Made by a program: the position numbers and the translations under genes
Notes under the pieces: model-generated
What the model was told of the DNA's origin: nothing
Seen by the model: only the letters and a program-made list of their open reading frames with translations
The model's database searches: none
Assembly (NCBI GenBank): GCA_963705185.1
Contig: CAVPJF010000014.1
Coordinates: 49,655-113,654 of the forward strand
Reading direction: 5' to 3'
From: an uncultured Bacteroidales bacterium
Lineage (GTDB): Bacteria; Bacteroidota; Bacteroidia; Bacteroidales; JAADJA01
Length of the DNA: 64,000 bases
Shown: piece by piece, positions 9,990 to 17,851 of the stretch
Numbering within the stretch: the first letter of the stretch is position 1
Layout of the letters: every line of letters starts with the position of its first letter

Positions 9990-10087
9990 GTGCAACGAAT
10001 AATGCATGTATTTGACGCAATATTTGCAACGATGATTTTAAAATGCGACGAATAAGATGTATATTTGCAGCAAAATGTGCAACGAAT
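9990..10087 (+). promoter_or_regulatory. iteron-like TGCAACGAAT repeats upstream of and overlapping the Fic gene start
   Basis: A perfect 11-mer gtgcaacgaat occurs at 9990-10000 and 10077-10087. Degenerate copies (tgacgcaat, tgcaacgat, tgcgacgaat, tgcagcaaa) lie between them. Confidence 0.3.
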
Positions 10088-11186
10088 GAAAGCATTTATA
10101 TATCAAATGGACAATTGGCCGAATTTTTCATGGAGAATTGATGAGTTTATTAACCTGTTAAGCGAAGTGAGAAATCTGCAAGGGCGACTTCTTGGGAGAA
10201 TGGAATCATTAGGGTTTGATTTAAGAAATGAAGCTGCGCTTGAAACATTGACCCTTGACGTATTAAAATCGACAGAAATTGAAGGAGAGATATTAAATCC
10301 AGAACAGGTTCGTTCTTCGATTGCAAGAAAATTGGGAATGGAAATAGCGGGTTCGGTAGAGTCGGATAGAAATGTCGATGGAATGGTTGAGATGATGATT
10401 GATGCTACGCATAATTGTTTCAAACCATTAACTGCAGCAAGGCTTTTTGACTGGCATGCCGCATTATTCCCAACAGGCAGAAGTGGAATGCATAAAATTA
10501 CAGTTGCAGATTGGAGAAAAGATACTGCTGGCCCAATGCAAGTCGTATCGGGAGCCATGGGTAAGGAAAAAGTTCATTTTCAAGCACCTGATTCATCTTT
10601 AGTTAAAACTGAAATGAACCGTTTCTTGGATTGGTTTAATAAAAAAGCAGACATTGATTTAGTTATAAAAGCTGCTGTAGCTCATTTATGGTTTGTAACA
10701 ATCCATCCATTTGACGATGGGAATGGTCGAATCACAAGAGCATTGACAGACCTGTTATTAGCGCAATCAGACAAAAGCACACAACGTTTTTATAGTATGT
10801 CTGCACAAATTAGACTTGAAAGGAAACAATACTATGAAATACTTGAGAAAACACAAATAGGCAACCTTGATATCACCGAATGGATTAATTGGTTTTTAAC
10901 TTGTTTGATTAATGCGCTTAAATCGACCGATACCGTTTTGAACCGGGTTTTATTTAAAGCTGATTTTTGGAATAAACATGCCAAAACCATAATCAACGAA
11001 AGACAGAAAAAGTTGTTAAACAAAATTCTGGATGGGTTTGACGGTAACCTAACATCCTCTAAATGGGCAAAAATTGCAAAATGCTCAAAGGATACAGCAA
11101 TTCGAGATATTAACGATTTAATAAGTAAAAACATATTACAAAAAGAAGAAGCAGGAGGAAGAAGTACAAATTATGAATTGAAATAA
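10086..11186 (+). CDS. Fic family protein (DUF4172-type N-terminus, Fic domain, C-terminal wHTH)
   Basis: The Fic active-site motif HPFDDGNGRITRAL is present and the N-terminus is MKAFIYQMDNWPNFSW. The ORF track opens 21 nt upstream at 10065. Confidence 0.9.
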   Translation: MKAFIYQMDNWPNFSWRIDEFINLLSEVRNLQGRLLGRMESLGFDLRNEAALETLTLDVLKSTEIEGEILNPEQVRSSIARKLGMEIAGSVESDRNVDGMVEMMIDATHNCFKPLTAARLFDWHAALFPTGRSGMHKITVADWRKDTAGPMQVVSGAMGKEKVHFQAPDSSLVKTEMNRFLDWFNKKADIDLVIKAAVAHLWFVTIHPFDDGNGRITRALTDLLLAQSDKSTQRFYSMSAQIRLERKQYYEILEKTQIGNLDITEWINWFLTCLINALKSTDTVLNRVLFKADFWNKHAKTIINERQKKLLNKILDGFDGNLTSSKWAKIAKCSKDTAIRDINDLISKNILQKEEAGGRSTNYELK

Positions 11187-11316
11187 ATGCCAGCAGGCAA
11201 TCGAGTAGGCTGCCCCACCAGCGTTAGCTGATGGGGAGAACCTCTCACACCATCCGCCTTTGGCGGTACGGTTCGCCCACTCATAAGTATTCTCGCTTTT
11301 AAAATTCGAAATTATT

Positions 11317-12186
11317 ATGATTTTGAAATCACAACTTACAGTTGGTGAACTAACTTTTGATCTGCGCACCGCTGGTGAAGAGTCTAATGAAACAGTAATT
11401 CTGTTGCATGGCTTTCCAGAGACCAGCCATATGTGGACACCTCTAATGAAGGACCTGGTAAAGGAAAGCTTTTACTGTATTGCCCCAAATCAACGTGGGT
11501 ACAGTAGAGGCGCAAAACCAAAAGGTAAAAAGAATTACACCATTGAGAAATTAGGTGCCGATATCATCCAAATCAGTAAGGTCTTGAGCAGAGGCAAGTT
11601 TCACCTTATCGGTCATGATTGGGGTGCTGCAATTGGTTGGTATTTATCTAATCAATATCCAGAATTGCTTCTTAGTTGGAGTGCCTTATCTGTCCCACAT
11701 ATACAAGCTTTTGGTGAGGCAATAGTCAGCAACCCCATACAAAAACGTATGAGTGCCTATATCGGACATTTCCAATTCCCATGGTTACCTGAGTTCAACA
11801 TAAAAAAGCACGATTATAAACTTCTTAAATGGTTTTGGAAGAACAGTAGTAAAGAGGAAGTAGATGATTACTTATCAGTTTTTCGGGAACGCGGAACTGT
11901 ATCTGCGGCTCTCAATTACTATAGGGGCAATTACCGAATGTTAAAAAGTGCTGGTAGAATTAGGATTCTGGGCAATGTTCATGTGCCTACTCTGTTTATA
12001 TGGGGTGAAGCCGATCCGGCTATTGGATCTTTTGGTGTTGAGCAGTGCCAGGATCATGTTAAGGGTGACTACAATTTAGTAAAAGTAAACGGAGGGCATT
12101 GGCTGGTTCAGACAAATTATGATGAGGTAGCCTCATCGGTAATTAACCATTTAAAGAAATATCGGAAAATTCTGATTTCAAAATAA
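11317..12186 (+). CDS. alpha/beta hydrolase (epoxide-hydrolase/haloalkane-dehalogenase-like)
   Basis: Motifs seen: HGFPETSHMW, nucleophile elbow GHDWGAAIG, and C-terminal GGHW. Confidence 0.85.
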   Translation: MILKSQLTVGELTFDLRTAGEESNETVILLHGFPETSHMWTPLMKDLVKESFYCIAPNQRGYSRGAKPKGKKNYTIEKLGADIIQISKVLSRGKFHLIGHDWGAAIGWYLSNQYPELLLSWSALSVPHIQAFGEAIVSNPIQKRMSAYIGHFQFPWLPEFNIKKHDYKLLKWFWKNSSKEEVDDYLSVFRERGTVSAALNYYRGNYRMLKSAGRIRILGNVHVPTLFIWGEADPAIGSFGVEQCQDHVKGDYNLVKVNGGHWLVQTNYDEVASSVINHLKKYRKILISK

Positions 12187-12458
12187 GGAGTTGGCTTGGG
12201 ATGATCGGGGACAAAAACGTGGACTTTAAATTTAACGGATGACAAAGTGAAAGAAAGACTTTCAATTTAAGGTTGAAACCCAACATCTGGCAACAAAGTG
12301 TATAAATCATGGCAAGGTTCAATATAAATTTGCAGTTTAGTTTTCAAAAAGAATTTGGTTACAAGGGACAGAGACGTGTAGGTCGGCCAAAGGCATTCGT
12401 TCCTCATTAGCCTTGTCATCCTAACCCTGCGACCACTCATACACATGACCGTTAACAA

Positions 12459-13016
12459 ATGAAAGCGTTAATTAAAAATAATATCGAAGGAAAAAGAGTT
12501 CTGATCCTCTTTATAATAACCAATATCATTTATGTTTTCATGCTGGCGGTTACCATACCCAAAGTGATGAGCTTTTCGAATGGGATGAAATTACCTGATA
12601 TGCTGCCGATGGGTTATGACACAGATTATGTAAACGCCTTGCTGAGTGCATTGGGAGAAGAGGGAAGAAATTTTTACCTCCTCCGTCAGATACCGGTAGA
12701 TATGGTGTATCCTTTGCTGTTTGGAGTGAGCTGGTGCCTGGTGCTTGCCTGGTTCCTGAATAAACTGGGAAAGCTGAACGGATCATTGTTTTATTTGTGC
12801 TTGCTTCCGCTCCTGGCCGGATTATTTGATTATCTCGAAAATATTGGAATGATAGTGATTCTGAATCGTTATCCTGACAATCCGGATTTCCTTACCCAGG
12901 CAACCAATGTGTTTACCATTCTGAAGAGCTTGTTGTCCACTTTTTATTTTATCACTCTTATCTTCGCAGTGGTGGCTTTTGTGATAAAAAAATACCAAAA
13001 AAGACCTGATCGATAA
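12459..13016 (+). CDS. integral membrane protein, unknown function
   Basis: A 185-aa ORF with several hydrophobic helices. I recognise no motif. Confidence 0.5.
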   Translation: MKALIKNNIEGKRVLILFIITNIIYVFMLAVTIPKVMSFSNGMKLPDMLPMGYDTDYVNALLSALGEEGRNFYLLRQIPVDMVYPLLFGVSWCLVLAWFLNKLGKLNGSLFYLCLLPLLAGLFDYLENIGMIVILNRYPDNPDFLTQATNVFTILKSLLSTFYFITLIFAVVAFVIKKYQKRPDR

Positions 13017-13165
13017 ACCCAAAAATAGCAGATTTTTTTAGCACCATACAGTCGCCCTGGAATCTCGGTCTTAATTGACATTTCGGAAACCAGGAATTTG
13101 ACATACAACTTTTTCAAACTTCGGTTAAAGTATGAAGGCTTGTTGATTAAAATTTCGAACGGCCA

Positions 13166-13196
13166 TTTGAATAAGAAAAAAACTCAAGTAATTTTG
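13166..13196 (+). promoter_or_regulatory. Bacteroidota-type promoter candidate (TTTG-N19-TAATTTTG)
   Basis: TTTG at 13166-13169 and TAATTTTG at 13189-13196 are separated by 19 nt, about 60 nt upstream of the 13258 ATG. This matches the known -33/-7 consensus TTTG / TAnnTTTG. Confidence 0.4.
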
Positions 13197-13257
13197 CCAC
13201 ATTCATCATTTCGTCGGTAAACAAAAAATAAATGATGGTGTTATTGCTTTCGCAAGT

Positions 13258-13734
13258 ATGAAAGAAAAAGATCTTTATATCGATTTTAAATCTCAGCAAT
13301 CGGTTTATTACGTTGAAAAAGACGATGAATCGTATGGCCCGGTATTGAGCGGCTCGCAGCTGGCAAAAAATTACCTGGATGATTTTTACGAAAAAAGACT
13401 GAAACAGGAGAAAGCCCTCCGTGAGCAATTGAAAAAAGGAGAGATCAGCCCTGTTTATTATTACCTGATCATGCAGGAATATGGCGAAGGTGATCTGGCA
13501 TCGAGAGCAGGAGTTTCGCTGAAAAAACTGAGGAAGCATTATAAAATGGAAAATTTCATAAAACTTAAGTTAACACAACTAAAGAAATACGCGGAAGCTT
13601 TTGATATCCCTTTGGTAAAAATGTTCAGCCTTATGCTCACCAAGCAGGAAAATACAGGAAAGTTTACCGTTGAATATTCGGAAACCGCCAATCCCTATTT
13701 TGTTGTAGCTAAAATTGAGGCAGTGAAGGAATGA
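13258..13734 (+). CDS. hypothetical protein with possible XRE-like helix-turn-helix
   Basis: The segment GDLASRAGVSLKKLRKHYK...LKKYAEAFDIPLVKMF looks like an HTH_XRE region. Its stop overlaps the next ATG (ATGA at 13731-13734). Confidence 0.45.
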   Translation: MKEKDLYIDFKSQQSVYYVEKDDESYGPVLSGSQLAKNYLDDFYEKRLKQEKALREQLKKGEISPVYYYLIMQEYGEGDLASRAGVSLKKLRKHYKMENFIKLKLTQLKKYAEAFDIPLVKMFSLMLTKQENTGKFTVEYSETANPYFVVAKIEAVKE

Positions 13735-14735
13735 AAGAGATCGATTTTAAACATAAGATGGCAGCGCACTGCGAAACGGGAACGGTAACTCGCCTTACTT
13801 AACCATGCGGACTGGAAATTACCGAACCGATGGTTTTTGGAATCTCGAGCGGGATATTTTTCGGGTACTTTGAATCATCAAATTTTTCGTTTCCCACTTT
13901 TATTGTCCGTAACAAACCAGGTTCGATACGCGATAACATTTCAAAAAGGCTGGGCGTTAAGTTTGAAACATTAAAATTCAAAGATCACGGCAAAGGCGAG
14001 CAAACGTTGAACGAACTTATCCGGAAAGATATACCTACCGCAGCACAGGTCGATTTTTATTACATGGATTACATGCCCGAATACCAGCGAGTGCATATAA
14101 ACGTCCATTTCATCAATGTGATCGGGATGAACGAAACCAGCTACCTCATCAGCGATAGTTATTATCCTAAAAAATCGGTACTGACAAAGCAGACGCTCAA
14201 TAAAGCAAGATTTGCCGGAGGTTTTATGGAGCCCAAAGGATTCCTTTTTTATCCTACTCGTATTCCGGAGGTTATTGATTATGAAAAAGCAATTATTAAA
14301 GGAATTAAAAAAGCATCCTACAATATGCTTAAACTGCCCGTTCCTTTCATCGGGATAAAGGGAATGCGGAAGTTTGGAAAAAAAGTAAAAGAATGGCCAA
14401 AAATTGCAAGGGATATTGATCATCTTTCACACGAAATCATGCGGATCAATATTTTGCTTGAAGATCAGGGTACCGGCGGCGGCGGATTCAGATACCTTTA
14501 TGCCACTTTCCTTCAGCAGGCGGCAGGAATGCTCAACGACAACCGTTTGAAAGACCTTTCGAAACAAATGATGGAAATTGGGGATAACTGGAGAAATATA
14601 TCTTACTTTGCTGCCAAAATCGGGAAGAACCGTGATCTCGGACCCGACAGACTCAATGAACTAAGTGAAATGATCTTAGCCCGTGCGGATGAAGAGCAAA
14701 AGTTTTTCGGCGAACTGGCAAAAGCGGTGAAATGA
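13731..14735 (+). pseudogene. BtrH-N-like (papain-fold, ACP-dependent acyltransferase/peptidase-like) protein with DUF4872-like C-terminus; in-frame TAA at 13800
   Basis: The sequence reads MKEIDFKHKMAAHCETGTVTRLT*PCGLEITEPMVFGISSGIFFGYF. The H-C-E-[ST]-G and EPM.FG..SG..F pattern is what I remember for the BtrH N-terminal domain. The ORF track only calls 13830..14735. Confidence 0.6.
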
Positions 14736-14750
14736 AAATTTATAACTGAC

Positions 14751-15029
14751 ATGCAAGAAGCACCTACACAGGAACTAAAGAAAGAAATAAAACTGCTGAT
14801 CCTGGAAACCCTTAATATCAAAAATACCAAGCCCGAAGACATTGACGATGCAACTCCAATCTTTTCAAAAGAAAGCGTTCTTGGATTGGATTCCATTGAC
14901 GGTATTGAACTGATCATGGCTATTCAGAAAAAATATGAAGTCAGGATTGGCGACCAGAACTTAGCCCGCAGTGTGCTTGAATCGGTCAACAGCATTGCCG
15001 AATTTGTAGCAAAAGAAAGAAAAGGCTAA
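14751..15029 (+). CDS. acyl carrier protein (stand-alone, 92 aa)
   Basis: It has the PP-attachment motif LGLDSIDGIELIMAIQKKY. Confidence 0.8.
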   Translation: MQEAPTQELKKEIKLLILETLNIKNTKPEDIDDATPIFSKESVLGLDSIDGIELIMAIQKKYEVRIGDQNLARSVLESVNSIAEFVAKERKG

Positions 15030-15088
15030 AGCTGGTTGATGAAGCACCTTTTCATTATCTTTACACTTCCTATATCGTTTGAAAGAAA

Positions 15089-16168
15089 ATGAAACATTCT
15101 TATATTCTGGCCGGGACTACTTCGGGAAAGCTATTAAAACTAGTATTCAGCAATGGAGTATCGCTCAACCCAAAAATATTTTTCCGTTTCTTATTCCTTC
15201 TGCAGAATGGTATTTGGGCATCTGTTTTTAAGCGACGGGAACGTTTGAAATTCAGCAAAGCTTTATCAAATACTCCGATTCCGGAGGATCCGGTTATCAT
15301 AATCGGACATTGGCGAACCGGAAGCACCTTGCTTCATCAGTTGATGAGCCTGGACAAAAACCTTGTGGCGCCTTCAGTTTTCCAGGTTTCACTGCCCGAT
15401 AGTTTTCTGGTTTCTGAAAAATATTACCGGCCTGTCATGTCGTCCATGATGAGCCCAACAAGACCGATGGATAATGTAAAACTCGGTTTCGACGAACCCC
15501 AGGAAGATGAGTATGCTTTGCTAAAACTTACTACAGACTCACCGCTTAAGCGAATTATTTTCCAGAAGCCGGATGTATATTTTCTGAAGCAATACAAGGA
15601 TTATATTCCTGAAAACATTGAAGAGTGGAAAGAGGCGATGAAACAGTTTTGCAGAAAGCTTCATTTTGCGACCGGTAAACGAATCATCTTAAAGAATCCC
15701 TTTCATTCCCTGCGGATTGAGCTCCTGAAGGAAACATTCCCCGATGCAAAATTCATTCATATTCACCGGCATCCTTATAAAGTGGTTCCGTCAACAATCA
15801 ATATGTGGAATATTGTCGCCCGGCAGAACCGTTTGAATGGCAAATGGAAAGAACCCCTGGTGGAGGAAGTTTCGGAAGTGCTGAACGACATGCTTAATAA
15901 AATCAGAGAAAGCCTGGTTCAAATGCCTGCCGGAACATGGAGCGAAGTGAGTTTTGAAACATTTGAAAAGGATCCGGTTGCTTCCCTTAAAATAATTTAT
16001 TCAGAAATTGGCCTGAAATTTACCAGTGAATTTGAAGCGAGTGTCGTCGAATACCTGTCAGGCTTAACTGGTTATAAAAAGAATGTATTTACCCTGAAGA
16101 ACGAAGATAAAGAACTGATCCAAAAAATAATGGCTGACCATTTTAATTACTATCATTACACTCATTAA
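15089..16168 (+). CDS. sulfotransferase family protein
   Basis: A PAPS 5'-phosphosulfate-binding-loop-like motif IIIGHWRTGSTLLHQLM is present. A downstream segment RIILKNPFHSLRIELL...IHIHRHP is typical of Sulfotransfer_3-type enzymes. Confidence 0.7.
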   Translation: MKHSYILAGTTSGKLLKLVFSNGVSLNPKIFFRFLFLLQNGIWASVFKRRERLKFSKALSNTPIPEDPVIIIGHWRTGSTLLHQLMSLDKNLVAPSVFQVSLPDSFLVSEKYYRPVMSSMMSPTRPMDNVKLGFDEPQEDEYALLKLTTDSPLKRIIFQKPDVYFLKQYKDYIPENIEEWKEAMKQFCRKLHFATGKRIILKNPFHSLRIELLKETFPDAKFIHIHRHPYKVVPSTINMWNIVARQNRLNGKWKEPLVEEVSEVLNDMLNKIRESLVQMPAGTWSEVSFETFEKDPVASLKIIYSEIGLKFTSEFEASVVEYLSGLTGYKKNVFTLKNEDKELIQKIMADHFNYYHYTH

Positions 16169-16185
16169 TAAAGCGCAGGAACACA

Positions 16186-17451
16186 ATGAAATTTCGTCTG
16201 ATCTATCCGAAATGGGATAAACTCGAAGGCCAAACCCAGTTCAACCTTCCACCCCATGGACCAGTGGTCTTTGCGGCTGCACTGCCAGATTATGTTGATG
16301 TTGAATTTATCGATGAGAATGTCCAGCCTTTCAGCTATGAAGATCCGGTTGATTTTGTAGGCATTTCGATGATGCTTACATCACAGATCATTCGCGGATG
16401 GGAAATAGCAGAAGAGTATAGAAAAAGGGGAATAAAAGTTATTTTCGGTGGTATATCGACCATGCTTCATGCTGAAGAAACTCTTGAACATGCCGATAGT
16501 ATTTTCCTTGGTGAAGCCGAAGGCAGAATGGAAGAGGTTTTTGAAGATTTTAAAAAAGGCCGGTTAAAAAAGGTTTACAATTACCTGCCTCATCCACCCG
16601 ATACAGCATTGATCGGGCCGGCCAGAAGAGATATACTGAACAGGGAATTGTATTATCACAAGGGAGTGCAAATGGTTGACCTTTTCCATGCATCGAGGGG
16701 ATGCAGGTTCAGTTGTTATCCATGCGCTGTTTCCTATTTGGGCGGACGTAAATTCAGGCCGAGGCCTTTCGATAGGGTGGCTGAAGAATTGGATCAAATG
16801 GAAAACAATCGGTTATTTGTAGTCGACAATTCTTTGGCACAGGATACGGAATGGGAAAAGGAATTATTCAGGACGATGATACCCTTTAAGAAAAAGTGGT
16901 GCAGCCATACCATTGAAGATAAGCCGGAGGTGCTCGACCTGGCTGCCCAGGCGGGAGCATGGTATGTATATCAGGCCATTTTTGATACTTCGGATTATAT
17001 CAAAGATCGCATCAGGCGATACCACGATCACGGAATTGCTGTGGAAGGAACTATTCTTTTGGGTATGGATAATCAAACCGAAGATGATATCCGGCGATTA
17101 ATTGATTTTTTACTGGAAATAAACCTTGATTTAGCGGAGTTCACTGTCATGACACCATTCCCGCATACCAAAGCATGGGATGATATGGTGAAAGAAAAAA
17201 GGATTTTCAATTTAAACTGGAATGATTACAATGCCGGTAAAGTCGTTTTTTATCCAAAGCACATGACCCCGGAAAAGTTGCAAAGCCTTTACCACTTTGC
17301 CTGGGATGAATTTTACCGTCATGAAAGTCAGGAGCAAAAGATGTTTAAGCTACTGATGAAGGTGATTGAAAAAGAAATGGTCGACGGAACTTATAGATCA
17401 CCCCGAAAGGACCTTGTTGAAAGGAGTTTTGGGAAAGTGATTTTAAGGTAA
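16186..17451 (+). CDS. B12-binding-domain radical SAM enzyme (class B), intact
   Basis: The N-terminal B12-like domain reads VDFVGISMM...GIKVIFGGI. The CxxxCxxC motif is ASRGCRFSCYPCAV. I see no SPASM-type Cys cluster. Confidence 0.85.
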   Translation: MKFRLIYPKWDKLEGQTQFNLPPHGPVVFAAALPDYVDVEFIDENVQPFSYEDPVDFVGISMMLTSQIIRGWEIAEEYRKRGIKVIFGGISTMLHAEETLEHADSIFLGEAEGRMEEVFEDFKKGRLKKVYNYLPHPPDTALIGPARRDILNRELYYHKGVQMVDLFHASRGCRFSCYPCAVSYLGGRKFRPRPFDRVAEELDQMENNRLFVVDNSLAQDTEWEKELFRTMIPFKKKWCSHTIEDKPEVLDLAAQAGAWYVYQAIFDTSDYIKDRIRRYHDHGIAVEGTILLGMDNQTEDDIRRLIDFLLEINLDLAEFTVMTPFPHTKAWDDMVKEKRIFNLNWNDYNAGKVVFYPKHMTPEKLQSLYHFAWDEFYRHESQEQKMFKLLMKVIEKEMVDGTYRSPRKDLVERSFGKVILR

Positions 17452-17813
17452 TGACTGCAGATTCTAAATATATTGATCAAATTTACCACTTTAAAGGAGC
17501 TTGGGATGTTCCTTCATTCTGTGGACTTAAAATCATAGTTCAAAAAGATAATACCATAGTAATTGTAACTGAACTCAATGACTCCAATCCCGGGAGCTCG
17601 GTCACCAGCCGGGTTGATAAGTTAGCCACAGAAATTATAGCAAAGTATGGAATAGAGCATGAAAAACTGATCTTTATTGAACACAGCCCGGATCGGAATT
17701 CGAATCTTGAGTTTTTAAAAGAGACTTTTGATATTGTTAACTTTGAGTGGGATGGGGAAAGATTTATTAATCCGTCATGGAAAAGGATAACCAAAGAGGA
17801 ACAGATTTTATGA
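17451..17813 (+). CDS. hypothetical protein (120 aa), translationally coupled to the radical SAM gene
   Basis: Its ATG shares a base with the preceding TAA (TAATG at 17449-17453). I recognise no motif. Confidence 0.5.
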   Translation: MTADSKYIDQIYHFKGAWDVPSFCGLKIIVQKDNTIVIVTELNDSNPGSSVTSRVDKLATEIIAKYGIEHEKLIFIEHSPDRNSNLEFLKETFDIVNFEWDGERFINPSWKRITKEEQIL

Positions 17814-17851
17814 TCAGTTAATTACTTATCATTATTTACTATTTTCGCTTA

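Noticed and set aside
10103-10558. 151-aa antisense ORF within the Fic gene (and similar long antisense ORFs 13971..14423, 18715..19152, 23391..23981, 33456..33830)
   Set aside because: Each lies opposite a gene with diagnostic motifs. None has a start context, signal or motif of its own.
11187-11316. tRNA-like or structured-RNA gene downstream of fic (hairpins at about 11214-11237 and 11254-11266, and a GGTTCG string)
   Set aside because: I could not fold a cloverleaf or recognise any known RNA family. It is kept only as border evidence for the inserted block.
12267-12458. 63-aa minus-strand ORF in the 270-bp gap after the hydrolase gene, possibly a transposase or IS remnant
   Set aside because: I see no transposase motif and no terminal inverted repeats. 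The translation is unremarkable.
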